Positions 1 to 12,166 of a DNA stretch of 38,468 bases are shown here, in pieces. How positions within the stretch are numbered: position 1 is the stretch's first letter; each line of letters starts with the position of its first letter. The stretch comes from Asterionella formosa (Eukaryota). The notes beneath the pieces were generated by a model. It had not been told where the DNA came from. It made no database searches and was given only the letters and a program-made list of their open reading frames with translations. The position numbers and the translations under genes are program-made. The stretch lies in the NCBI GenBank assembly GCA_002256025.1, contig NKIB01015066.1, positions 1 through 38,468 on the forward strand, written 5' to 3'.

Positions 1-1005
1 AAGAATACACAGGTGAATTGTGTGTACAACGCAAGTCTGGCTTCTGATCCAGGATTACCAACAAGCTACGATGAAGCAATGGCAAGACCAGACAAGAAAG
101 AGTGGATCAAGGCGATCAACAAAGAATATGAAAACTTCCAGTCGAGAGGAGTGTGGAAAGTTGTCAAACGTGATACTGTTAAGAAGCGAACACTAAAAAC
201 GAGATGGGTGTTTCGAATTAAAGAAAATGTGTTAACTGGGAAGACCATTTACAAGGCAAGATTGGTCGTGAAGGGATATGAGCAAATCCCAGGTGTCGAT
301 TTTACTGAGACATTTGCTCCAGTTGCAAGCGATGCGACAATCAAAACGGTACTCGCAGTGACGATGTACAACGGTTGGCGAGCGGAGGCTATTGATGTGG
401 AAGCAGCATTTCTAAATGCTGACGTCGATGAGGACATTTATATTGAGCCCCCTCAAGGTTTGGTCGGAGTCGATTCCGATACACATGTTTGCAAGCTTGT
501 GAAGGCTATGTACGGGATAGTACAAGCTCCACGATGCTGGTCCAGGACGTTTGCGAAATGTGTCACCAATAAACCAGGTATGACGAAGAGCAAGATCGAC
601 CCTATGTTATTTATGCACCGGAACAAGGATGGACAAATTGATGGTCTACTTGTTAGTTACGTGGATGACGGTATTGTATGTGGGACTCCAAGTGCAGTGG
701 AGTATATGAAAAATGTTATCAAGGAAGATTTCAATATTACCGAGCAGGGTATTCTACAGAAACACCTAGGAGTGGAATATGCTTGGAAAGAGGACAAGTA
801 TGGTGAATACGTGAAGGAACAGATTCATACGAGATTGTCTGAACCAGTTCAGAGTGGAACGATGTTACAGCCTCTTGAGCGTGGCAATGGGGAGGATGTC
901 AAGAATATTAGCCCGAGTCACAAGGATTGTGGACTCGATTGTAATCGAACGAGTCGAATATTGCATTGCCACGTCAATCAGCTGTCTAACAAGATCAGAG
1001 ATTGA
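1..1005 (+). pseudogene. Copia pol fragment: RVT_2-type reverse transcriptase fused in frame to the extreme C-terminus of RNase H
   Basis: Frame is open from base 1. About 50 aa after YVDD (HLGVEYAW..GEYV) the protein jumps to KEQIHTRL...GEDVK, which resembles the copia RNase H tail. The RT C-terminus and the RNase H core (DAD/EAEY/DN/KHID motifs) are missing. Confidence 0.85.
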
Positions 1006-1302
1006 AGATTTCTAAGGAAATGTTAAGTGGAAACTCGAAGAGAGTCTTAGAATGACTTTGCAGGAAGCAAAGATGCATGGAAAGGAAACATTTAGTTTAG
1101 CTTATAATTTAATTTGAGTTTTAGATTATCAACCGAGGAAACAGTGTGTTAATTGACAGGAAGGTCAATTAGTCTATCTAGCAGGAAGGCTAGAAGCAGA
1201 GACAAGAGAGAAAGTAAGTGGTACTAGGTAGTACTACGATCACGTAAGAGTCTACGTGAAGAGAGACCCAACCCGCGGGAAGGTGTACGGACCATTTCAA
1301 CA
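897..1302 (+). repeat. 3' LTR, 406 bp, TG...CA
   Basis: Starts TG right after the PPT. The 5' boundary is confirmed independently by the second copy, whose homology begins at the same TGTCAAG. The 3' end (TTCAACA) is inferred; CCGGT follows as candidate 5-bp TSD. Confidence 0.82.
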
Positions 1303-1622
1303 CCGGTAATCGACTGATGTTTTATGTATATCCATAAATGACTCATTTCATGTGCCGAAGTATACCGGTATATGTTTCTGTATCCAGAAATCTAGGCAAT
1401 TGTCTTTGAATGAATGTATTCATATATGCATACATTTCAGAATCCCCTTTTTAAAAATTTCCATGCTATGATGTACGAAAGCTTTTATTAGTTAGTTCTT
1501 GGCATGAATGCCGGTATCGTAGTTTAAAAGGAATACCGTCCTCTGTGTTAGCCAGTCCATTCGACACATGATTTTGATGTTCACCCTTCATCTTAACACT
1601 GTACCAGTAACTCCAACGAAGC

Positions 1623-2906
1623 ATGACGACGTCTCCTTCTTCCTTCCAAAGATATGTGCCTCAAGGCCAATCATCTCTTGTGGATGACGCTCCTGGTTGG
1701 TCGAATAACGCTGACACAGGGCCTACGTGTTGGAAGTGTCGAGGTGCCGGCGTCAAGAAGACGAAGCAGAGGCCATTGGCTCAAGAGGATACTGATACGG
1801 CACTATTGGCGATTGCCTGCCCGGTCTGTCAGGGAAGTGGACACTTGTCTGTGAAGCAAGGACACTGTGAGGATGAGGCTGCCCCTGGAATGGTCACGCG
1901 AGGTCGACGTCGACCTCACGGATGGGTGCTGGCAGGTGCGTTGCCGGTGGCACTCCAAAATGACACGGAATGGAGCAAGCTCGTGGTGCAGGCCAACGAG
2001 AAGTGCGAGGACGTTGTTATTGGCATTGGAGACTACGCAGCCAGTGGATACCCCATTTGGATACCGCGCACATCAGAACAATTGTGCAATTTAGTTGGGG
2101 CTTGGAGAATTTTGCAACGCGTACGCTCTCATCGTTGGACAACAGACGACCTGGTCACGGCGTGGGTGGCAGGAAAACATCGCCATGTCAGCAAGTACCT
2201 AGACTTGGGATGCGGCAATGCCAGCGTGCTTCTCATGACATCGTGGTGTTTACTGAAGAACGGAACGTCGAACGTGGACACTATTATGGGAGTAGAAGCA
2301 AGATCTGAAGCTGTCGACTTGGCGAGACGATCGATCGGCTTCAATTTGAGCTCGAATAATAGTGCCACCGTTGTTCACTCGGATTTCAGAGACTTTTCCA
2401 CTGACCATAAATTTCAACTCATCACTGGAACGCCTCCATATTTCCGAGTCGATTTTAATATCCAAGACAACGCTACTGTGACAGCTGCCATTATCAACCA
2501 AGGCGGTATGCCGTGCAAAAAACAATCCGCTCCAGCGCGATGCGAGTTTAGGGGAGGCATTGAAGCCTATTGCGTTACGGCTGCCAAGTTCTTAGACAAA
2601 AGTGGAGGGCGCTTTTGTGTGTGCGAAAATTGGCTCAACCATGACCGGGTGGTGCGGGCAGCATTGGATTCGAAATTGCGGATTCTCGAGCAATGGCACA
2701 TACATGGGCGGGAAGGACGACCGATCTTGTTCGCCGTCTATGTAATGGAGCACAAAATTAGTGACATCAATATGGAGACTAAAATTCACATGTTGGTAGT
2801 GAGAACTATGAATGGGGAGTGGACTGAGCAGTATAAGGAGCAAGTATTGAAAGCTATGAATATACCTGTTGCCGACTCCTATCATAGCAAACATGAAATT
2901 AACTGA
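1623..2906 (+). CDS. SAM-dependent methyltransferase, TrmN6/YfiC (tRNA m6A37)-like, with N-terminal DnaJ-type zinc finger; 427 aa, single exon
   Basis: CWKCRGAG...CPVCQGSG pair; HRWTTDD; motif I YLDLGCGNASV; GVE (motif II); motif IV ITGTPPYF (NPPY-like); ARCEFRG resembles the ARHE motif of TrmN6 proteins. Confidence 0.82.
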   Translation: MTTSPSSFQRYVPQGQSSLVDDAPGWSNNADTGPTCWKCRGAGVKKTKQRPLAQEDTDTALLAIACPVCQGSGHLSVKQGHCEDEAAPGMVTRGRRRPHGWVLAGALPVALQNDTEWSKLVVQANEKCEDVVIGIGDYAASGYPIWIPRTSEQLCNLVGAWRILQRVRSHRWTTDDLVTAWVAGKHRHVSKYLDLGCGNASVLLMTSWCLLKNGTSNVDTIMGVEARSEAVDLARRSIGFNLSSNNSATVVHSDFRDFSTDHKFQLITGTPPYFRVDFNIQDNATVTAAIINQGGMPCKKQSAPARCEFRGGIEAYCVTAAKFLDKSGGRFCVCENWLNHDRVVRAALDSKLRILEQWHIHGREGRPILFAVYVMEHKISDINMETKIHMLVVRTMNGEWTEQYKEQVLKAMNIPVADSYHSKHEIN

Positions 2907-3549
2907 CACGCAACTCAACAATCAAACCGGTATTGCTGCATCACCAATGTTGTTTCTTCATTTCAGTGTTTTCCTTGTGTTATTGTGCTCGCCTGAGAGA
3001 TACTGTTTTGCTGTTTTGATTTGATGGACTATGCATTACTCCGGTTGCTACAGTGACAACGGACTGCAAAATCTCCCTTGACTTTTGAGAAAACAAGTGA
3101 CGCATGTTTTGTTTTTATGCCCTGGAGGTCAATACCATGTGAAATGGCAATATAGGCGCTCTCTTGCATGCGAGTATACATACATGTGAGGCTGGGTGGC
3201 ACTTGTATCACCAGTGGTTTTTAGTTTTAGGATATATCACTGATAATGTTTTCCCCAAACCAATGCAGTATCAGTGATACAGCCATTGATTACTCAGTAT
3301 CACATCAATTGTCACTGATAAAGTAACTGAAAAGATGCCAGCATCACATTATTAATATGGTCATTGCTTATTTATAAATGGGTCGACTTTTTTATCAGTT
3401 CCTAATCTTTGCCCATATCTATCATTGCAGAACATATTGGTTGTTGATTTGTTGAATTGTTGACAAAAATATCAATGTTTCCACCAAGCAATGAGAAGTA
3501 AGATACAAATCTGAATTCAGTCTGCTCTGTGATATTTTAACTTTTATTT

Positions 3550-3898
3550 TGTGATGAAAAAGTCAATGCTTATGTGTAAGTACCATGCATGTACGTCTCC
3601 TGAGAACTGATATGTTTTCCTTTATTTCTAACCCAACACAATAAAAAAAATTCTTGTATGATTACATTGCATATCATGTTTTGTTTGTTTCAAGCATCAT
3701 AATTAAATTTAATTGATCTCATTTGTTGCAATCATTCTCATATCTTTGATGCTTGTTTTTTTCATCACCGACTATCATACATATCTCTACATATACTGGG
3801 CGGTATATTACTGATATTCTGGCTGTCATGCTAAATATGCAATTTTATTTCAAAAAAATCAATGTAAACCATATTGCCACTTACTATAAATTGCTTAG
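3550..3898 (+). mobile_element. Older, diverged copy of the right end of the TIR element at 10432-12337
   Basis: Collinear blocks shared with ~11895-12337: aagtcaatgct, tgtgtaagta, atttctaacccaa, tacattgcatatcat, attctggctgtcatgctaaa.. tgcaatttta. It ends in a decayed TIR, attgccacttactataaattgcttag (3873-3898). Confidence 0.72.
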
Positions 3899-4762
3899 AG
3901 CTAAAAAGGGCAAGATGATAGCTGGAGCGGGAATGGCCAAGAGAAACATGTCAGCTGAGGAGGGAACTGTTCCTGACTGGAGTTCGCATGTATTCAAACT
4001 CCAACTAGGAACACAGCAAGGACTTGGCGCCATGACGACCATAGTAGCAAGGCATATTTCGATGCATGCATAGCTCTTTGCTTGGCTGTTGTGTCAACAG
4101 TTACCGTGACGACATCCTCCCAGTTGATGGTCAATGAGAAAGTGAGCCAACATCATGCAAGCAACATTTTATTTTCATTTGAGCTGTTAGGCTATGCTAT
4201 CATGCTGTCGCCCATTTTAGTTGAATTTCACCGGAAACAATGAACAATTCATTTAGAATTACACTTTATGATCTTCAGATTTTAATTCAGTAATGTATAT
4301 ATATGCATGGCTTTCTTTGTCGTTGAAATCCATCTCTAGACTTTTCTGCATTCAATGTACACTGAATCCTTTTTTGTTCTTACATGTCCTCTTTGGATGA
4401 GTATCCTTCCAGCTTAATAGCTCTTGCTCCAATTCTTTCCTTCTGATTGGTAACTAGAGCTCATTACTAAGGGTCACAATTCTAAGTTTCTTCGGTAAAT
4501 TGCTGTCTAAATCGACAGAGACTGGGCTAACAAGTGCTTCGGGTTTTCTGGTGATTATCTATAGTCCGCTGATTACTTGGCAATCTATATGGGAGCAGAT
4601 TGCTTTCCTACATGAACTTGCCCTTTGTAAGACGAATTCATGGAATTTGATTTGTAAAGATCATGGCAGAAAATCCGCATCAAAATGTTCCAAAATTTTG
4701 GGCAGCGCTATTAATAGCTTGAATCTATGAGTATTCTTGCAGTACTAGCATTGGTAAGCACA

Positions 4763-5065
4763 CCCCATTCGATTGTCATCTCGACTATATATGTGGCTAA
4801 TAGTACATAAATTAGATATTCATACCATAAATGAATATTTTAGGTCCATCAAAGTACTATCAAGCCCCATTCGATTGTTATATCCACTATAGAAGTGGCT
4901 AATAGTACATAAATTAGATATTCATACCATGAATGAAGTTTTTGTGTCCATCAAAGCGCTATCAAGCCCCATTCGATTGTCATCTCGACTATAGAAGTGG
5001 CTAATAGTACATCAATTAGATATTCACACCACAAATAAATATTTTAGGGCCATCAAAGCATTATC
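4763..5065. repeat. Tandem repeat, about 3 x 102 bp
   Basis: Units start ccccattcgattgt at 4763, 4865 and 4967. They are highly similar and have stops in all frames checked. The array ends about 18 bp downstream of the ABCG stop codon. Confidence 0.93.
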
Positions 5066-5082
5066 CAAAATTAAGATGTGCT

Positions 5083-8000
5083 TTACTTTGCAAGATAGTT
5101 CAACTTTTGAAGAGCGAAGTAATTGATGGTACGGGCTGCAATGATCAAAAGGACAAGATATAGAACACAGTATGGGATGTTGTCCCAAGAAAACTTTCCA
5201 CCAAATGAAACAAATATCCAATCTTCCGCAGTACCTTCACATTGTCCGCTTGGAGTGTTTGAATTACATCCTAAATAATAGTAAAACGAAGAGCCGGTTG
5301 TGGCAACAATTGAAGTGCCATCCTCGTGAAACTGCGAAGCAATCAATCCCTCAAGAACGTAATGCCCAGGCATAAGCCAATACATGAACACCCAGAAACC
5401 GCTGATATTTTGTGGGCGAATCAACACACCAGCAAACATAGAGGTAAGAGCAATCAAAAGCCCACCAAAACCTTGAGCCGTTTGGGAATCTCTTACCAAC
5501 GACATCATCATTTGGCCGAGGAAAGTAAAAAGACCGAGGTTCAACGTAAAAAAGAGGTAATAAAGAAAGAACTTGTAGGCAAGGGGTGAGAATCCGACCA
5601 AAAAGTAGAAGCAGACGCAAAACACCATACTGGCCAAAAGAATGAAAGGAATCTCAGCCAAAGTGAAACTGAGAATAATACTACGCTCTGAATACATGAG
5701 AGCTGCCTTGTGCCGATAAAACATGTTTCGTTCAGTCTCGAAAATTGCAAGAACTGTGTTGAAGGCATTAACAGCAAGGAACACGAATGTTACGTAGATG
5801 CTAGTTACACGTGAATTCATGTCCGATTCATTTTCAGGGACTCTTTGACTGGCATAGACACTTCCGAACAAAAATGCGACAATTGCTGACACCATCAGAC
5901 GAATGGTATTGTACGATGCGGACCTCCAGTAGATGCTCACTACTCTTTTCAGGACAACGGTACGTTGGGTCTTGAAAGAAGTGGCAAACTTGTTTAGGAA
6001 AACGACTTTGTTCGCGTCGACAGGATTGGCAGTGAACTCATCTATTTTCTTCAGACAATTTGCTCTCAGTGTCGACTCAGCGTAACACCCTACATAATCA
6101 AAAGGCTTCTCGGTAGAAGTGGAACTGGATCCAGCTCCAATAGTCGTAAGCATCCAAGTAGCGGGGTTTTCTCCGGGGCGAATCTGTGCTGTGCGTTCGT
6201 AGCGTTCAAAATATTGAATCAGCATGCACGACTCATCGCCAAGTTCACCAAAGAAAACAACCTCCCCGCCTCGCTTCAACAGAAGTAACGTGTCAAAATC
6301 ATTGAAAATCGCAATGGAAGGTTGATGAATGGTGGCGCACACAGCACGACCGCTGTTGGCGATTCTTTTGAGGCCACGCATGACAATGCCAGCTGCCCTC
6401 GCATCAAGACCTGATGTAGGCAAGCGATGTCCTGTTAGTAAAGTGTAGAAAAGTCAAATAACAAGAAAACACTGCTAATCGACATTTGTACTTACCACTT
6501 GTGGGTTCATCCAGGAACAGAATCGAGGGGTTGGAGACTTGGTGAGCCAACCATGCAAAGAAGCGTCAGTACACAGAAATGAACATACGCAAATTTTTCC
6601 TTTTCCTACAAGAATCACATACCAAGTTCAACAGCAATCGAGAGACGTTTTTTTTGCTCAAAAGATAGTCCTCCAGTGAGATCACTTCCAATTAGTAAGT
6701 CCTGACTTGTTGTCAACTCCAACATGGCCAGCGTCTGGTCAACAAATGACGTTATGCTTTCCTCGGTCACCGCAGGATCATTCTCGTCCAGACGAAGCTT
6801 TGCCGAGAAATCAACAGTTTCACGAATAGTCTGATTGGGGCTCTGCACATCGAATTGCTCGACATAACCAGTACAACGTCGGAATGATAGAGGATCTTGG
6901 GGATGTCCGTTCAACATTACTTCACCGGAAAGTTTTCCCGATGTCTTTCGAAGCGAGAGGCAATCCATCAAAGTGGTCTTGCCTAAGTGGTCGCAAATGT
7001 TAGAGGCAAACAGCATAGGACACGATAGAAACTTCGAAGTCAGCATCACCTACCTGCTCCGGAACTCCCCATTAGTGCTGTCATTTTGCCAGCTTCGATA
7101 TAGCCATCAATTCCTTTCAGTAGTTCTAATTCGTCATCAGAGGTAGATGCTTTGACTGTGTAATGGACGCTTTTGAACGTCAAATTGACTTTCTGGTACG
7201 GGATATTCACTTTTTCACAATCGACTCCATTGGCATTTTCCGGTTCGTCCGGGATATCTGTCCCAACTCCTTTGCCAGTCTCAAATCTCCAGGAAGAAAG
7301 AAAGTACGTAGAAAGTCCAACTGAAAGAAGACCAGCCGCGATAGAGAACAAGATACCATACCACACCCACACAAAAGTGAAGGGCTCCCCGTTGAATAAG
7401 AATCCAAATTGAATCAAAATGTTTTCACCCTCAGTGTTTCCGTTCTCTTGTACTTCATCGAACTTTCCGCTTTGATAAGTGTTGACGACAAGCCCTCTGA
7501 GGATCCAAGCGAACATATTGATCCAATATGCCCAGATCCAGTAAGGTGGAATGACATCAGGTTGCACGGTAAAACCTGAGAACAAAACAAGCAATACAAT
7601 GGTAACTGCCATGGCAGCTTGTGCAGTGGTTTTGTCTTTTACTGTTGCTGAGAACACACTAAAGATCAAACCAGAAACCAAAGATGCCAACAAACATAGA
7701 AGCATAAAGATAAAAAAATTCGCAATGGAAGCCCCGTCGTTATACGGGAGTCCAACGAACCAGTAAATGATTGATCCATAAATGATTCCGTCAATGAGAG
7801 ATGTAGGAAATGCAGCAAAACTGCGCCCCAAGACAAATGACCACGTTGGGAAAAAATTTGCATCTTGATGCTTGTAGAAAATACCACGTGGTTCGAACTG
7901 TCCAGGAATTTTGATCATGGCTCCAACGCAAATGAAAAACATGGACTGAAAGAGAATTCCCATGACAGACTGAGGATTATCACTCTGCTGCCAAAACAAA

Positions 8001-9840
8001 GTCCCTGCAATGATACCCATGACAAGGTCTTGCGCAACACGTGCCTTGATTTGATACTTGTCCCTCCACCAAAGAAGGAGTTCTCGGTTCAGAAGTAACT
8101 TCATGGATCTATATGAACCATTTTGATAACGTTTCTTCAAAATGTCAACGTCCTTGATTTTAAACTTGTCTAACAGGGGAGCTTCGTTGTTTTCTTTGAT
8201 TGCTTGACCCATTAGACTTTCATCAAACTTCCTCTTGAACCCGTCAGTTGACAAATGACTCTCTCTGGCCCTCTGGTCAACTAAGTACTTAGCACCTTCC
8301 GGAGTTGGCAGCGTCTGAAGCCAATCCGCAACGTCTACCCTATCAGGCATTTTGTATCCGAGGCCCTCAAAGTGAGAGACAACCATGTCAATGGGGCCAC
8401 TGTAAATGACTCGACCCTTGGAAATCAAAATGAGTTCATCAAAAAGTGCCACAGTCTCGGGAGGAGGTTGAAGGAGCGACACAATCTTGATACCGCCTGT
8501 CAATCTGGAAACTGCCAACATTAACTTGGTAATGTCAAAGGTAGTGGCAGCTAATGAAAACGCAAAAATTTAGTTGATGCGACCAAAAAATCCTCAAAAA
8601 AGTTTTTCTAGAGTAAGGAATGAACTCACCATCCAATCCTGTGCTGATTTCGTCGCAACAAATGAGAGGGGCTCCAATCGTGTTCATTTCTGCAACAGTA
8701 ACACGTTTCTTCTCTCCACCACTGACTCCACGAACTGTACTTTGGTCACCTACAAATGTATCCTTAACTCTTGTTAGACCACATCCTTCCATTACCTTGT
8801 TGACCATATAATGCTGCTCGTTCATTTGCTCGACGACCTTCTTCACTGTTTCGTCATCGCCAAAGTACGCTTTCATGTGAGTACCTCCTGAGCGGCAATT
8901 CCAGGCAAACTGAAAGTTTAGAAAAGTATTAGTGCATCAATAATTGACAAACTGCAGAGTTGTGGCGTGGAACTCGTACCTCCAATGTCTCCGAAACCGT
9001 TAGGTAAGGATGAAGCCGATCGATTTGGTCAATATGGACAGTTAAATTTGTCCACATGATACCAGGATCTGTTGGCTCATAGCCATTGATGCTTACTGTC
9101 CCACCGACCACGTGGTCTTTGTCTTGTCTCAAGGTGTTGGCGATCATCTTTAACAAAGTTGACTTCCCAGACCCAGGTGCACCCAGGACCAAATACATTT
9201 TACCAGAATCGAAGTTCAAATTGATCCCTTCCATAATTGGGCGACTATCGGAAATCATGGCATGGCCCTTGGTCTTAAATGACCTGTAGATACGATGAAA
9301 CAATGCATAAATTGGACTGGCTGTAATGACAGTATCGATCCTTTGTTTCGCCCTAAGCGAGCCTCCTTGTTCGACCTCAACGTCCCCTGAATTGGAAGTG
9401 CTTGGATTGTTTTCGGTGTGGATAGTCACAGTATAGCTACCATCCACGATGCGACAGTTAAAACTTTGAGGTTCCGCCTTGAGTTTTTCCCAATTGGATC
9501 GAACTTCTTTCATGAGTTCGTCGTCTTCCATGGATGCAAGATTCGACGCTCGTTCGGAGACTAAGGAAGTTATCACATTAGGCTCACGCTCACTTCTTTC
9601 CTCCATGCACTTCTGGTGAATTTCTTCGCCAAGAACAGCATTTCGAAGATCATCAGGTATATCCAATTCTTTTCTGTGTGTTTCATATGGTCAGCGAGGT
9701 GAAGGCAATTTGACACTGGCGATGAACGATTCCTATAGTCGCCTGACTTACTGAGCACAAAGAGTTAGAAGTTCTAAAATTGCCTTTTCTCTTGCCCGGA
9801 AGGCTACTTCCAATTCCCTGGATGGAAATGTGGTTGCCAT
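5083..9840 (-). CDS. Full-size ABCG/PDR (pleiotropic drug resistance)-type ABC transporter, NBD-TMD-NBD-TMD, about 1429 aa, 7 exons
   Basis: Exons 9840-9752, 9673-8980, 8909-8630, 8550-7054, 6982-6623, 6537-6496, 6410-5083 join in frame at GT-AG introns (4290 nt). NBD1: GAPGSGKS, VSGGEKKRV, CCDEISTGLDAA, LLQPPPE. NBD2: GSSGAGKT, GYVEQFD, LSFEQKKRL, FLDEPTSGLD, TIHQPS. Two multi-TM domains. Confidence 0.95.
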
Positions 9841-10648
9841 GTCTTTGTCCGTTACGGCGAGCGAATCAAAGTGTAGCAGAGTTCGAAATGAAGGGTCGAT
9901 GCTTGTGACAACAGAAGCTTCTGATGCGAGTTTTAAGTGTACTCGTCGTATAATTTGCTTTGTATATACATACCGGTGAACTATTCTAGCCTGATAAAGT
10001 TGAGCTGGATCTTCTCGTGCATGATGGATCTTAGTGTTGGAGTACGGTATGGTACCCTACTTCAGCATTTCATAGTTTGCACCGTAATGTAGATTATTTC
10101 CTTTACATAAGAAAGTATGATGATACATAGTTGGTAACTACCGGTATTCTTCGCGAATTCATTGGAATAGTATGCCGTGCACTGTCTTATATCCTCACGC
10201 CCGATGCTGAAGCCGTACACGCCCGAGGTGGTCTCATGCCTACGACTATACATGTGTTCGAGGCTGCCGGCGCCACTCGTACGGTCAACCTACTCGCGCC
10301 ATCACAGCCGAATAGACATGTACACGAGAAGACATGAAGCCCCCCAGAAGGGTACCAGGTACCATTTTGTTGAGGCAATCCCCACCCTAGCTCTTTTGAG
10401 AACTGTGGGTGTGTAAGTTATTTTTTTTCCTTTAAGTAATTTTTATTTAGGGGCAATATATGGGCACAGTTGATTTTTTCGGCCGTCCAACACATGCAAC
10501 ATGTGCTTCAAACTAGATGCGATTAAAGGGCAATTAATTTTGGTGGTAAAAAGAATTCTAACTTCTTTGCATTATTTATGGCTAAATTAATTTCGTTTCG
10601 TCGCTTCAATCAAGAGAAAGGAAAGAAAGGGTCGATCGAAACGATTTC

Positions 10649-10749
10649 TTTCATTTGTCAGCCAATCTTGGCCACATTTTAGACTTAAGCTACTACATAT
10701 ACGGCGAGCTTAGGTCTGCAATGTGGCCAAGATTGGCTGAAAGATGAAG
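10649..10749 (+). other. Long hairpin: 43-bp stem, 15-nt loop
   Basis: TCAGCCAATCTTGGCCACATT (10658-10678) pairs perfectly with 10720-10740. The full stem 10649-10691/10707-10749 has 4 G-U pairs and 2 mismatches when read on the + strand. Confidence 0.85.
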
Positions 10750-12166
10750 AAGTTGAAAATTGTGAAGTAACAACAGTATTTTTTTTTTCGGAGTCTTAGC
10801 GCTTGTATTTTTAGATGTAGACATGTCATGTAGAAGTAGTTTCATCATGATGAAGCTAGACAAAACTGCTCATATATACAAAGGATTGTAATAATCATGC
10901 TTGATTATTCAAGCAAAAAATTCTAGTAGCATCCATGAGGAGGAAGAGCATGGGAGTAGTACATTTGTTGTGGTGGCGCCAGCAGTGAAGGATGAAAATA
11001 TGGCTGCTGATAGGATTATACAACATTGTTGAGTGGGGGAGGGGGGACGGAATGGTAGATTGCATATTGTGGAGGCGGCAATGGACCAGAATGGTAGATG
11101 TGTTGAGGAGTTTGCTTTGGATGGGAATAGTAGTGGACTGGAGCCGACAAGCAAGGCAGCAGCAGGAGGAGGTGCAGAAATACTGTTAATATGACAATCA
11201 ACAGAAAGATGATCGGAAGAAGAAGGAACTTGAATAGCAACTGGTTCGACATCAACAAATGCAAGGTCGGAAGAAAAATTTCAGGAATTAGTAGCTGGTC
11301 CTCATCGTGATCTTCAAACTTCTCAAAAACTGCAAGAAGCCTTGCTTGATGCTGCATTTCCTTTGATGGCAGCTGGTACCTGCCATTTATTTCATCCGAT
11401 CAGAATAATGCATTGCTTGAATTACTGTTGCGGAAATTTGCACAAGTGTGGATTCATATGTATCAATACCTACTCTTTGAAGATGTATTGTGCCGTTGTC
11501 GATCTTCTTCGTCGATTTGTACAGTCGTTGACCATGATGTCAATATTGCCGCCAAGCAAAGCCTTTCTTGCACTACTAACTCGGTTTGCCATCTTTGCCC
11601 TTCTACTCAGAGGTTGTATCACAAGCTACATTCAATGTTCAACAAAAATGGCTGATTCAATGTGGGGAGCTGATACGCACAGCAGGAGGGGCCTGGCTAT
11701 CAAGAACAGAATCATTTGATCAGGGTAGTTTTTTGTTTGGGGAAACAGAAGGACGAACGACTCCTACTTGGATTCTACTATATAGCTATGTGAATGGTTC
11801 CAACAACCAAATCACCTACTCTCTAGCTAGTATGATACAGATATCAATTGGGTTCAGGATTTCTATTTCTTTTCTGTGCTATTTTGTCCTTCAATTGTGT
11901 GATGGAAAGTCAATGCTACCCTGTCTGTGTAAGTATCAGTAAAATCCATAAATCTACATGGAAACTGACACTATTTACTTCATTTCTAACCCAAAACAAT
12001 ACTATTTGTTTCTCACATGACGCTACTTTTTACATTGCATATCATACTTTCTTGCTTGCTCCTAACATCATATTCCATTTTTATTGATTTGTATTTTAGA
12101 ATCGTTCTCATCTCTTTTGATGCTCATTCTACCACACGAAATATGTATTTCCCATATATCATATAT

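Larger units (their letters stand above)
1..1302 (+). mobile_element. 3' part of a Ty1/copia LTR retrotransposon (RT, internal deletion, PPT, 3' LTR); 5' part lies outside the window
   Basis: Copia RT motifs in frame +1 (P.SY.EA...W.KAI.KEY, RWVF, YKARLVVKGYEQIPGVDF.ETFAPV, DVEAAFL, LVKAMYG.VQAPRCW, YVDD). Purine tract GGGGAGGA at 889-896 directly precedes TGTCAAG at 897; the LTR ends TTCAACA at 1302. Confidence 0.93.

Noticed and set aside
4350..4740. Minus-strand coding-like remnant (KNTHRFKLLIALPKILEHF...)
   Set aside because: Three in-frame stops and no family recognised, so no call can be supported.
4763..5065. CRISPR array or 34-aa TPR coding repeat (102 bp = 34 codons)
   Set aside because: Whole units repeat with no unique spacers, the context is eukaryotic, and the frames checked contain recurrent stops with no TPR pattern.
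5083..9666. Five separate ABC ORFs or a fragmented pseudogene, as the ORF track suggests
   Set aside because: Canonical GT-AG introns join all pieces in frame into one 1429-aa gene.
10909..11942. Short ORFs inside the TIR element as a transposase
   Set aside because: Frames examined are stop-ridden and show no DDE or other recognisable motif.
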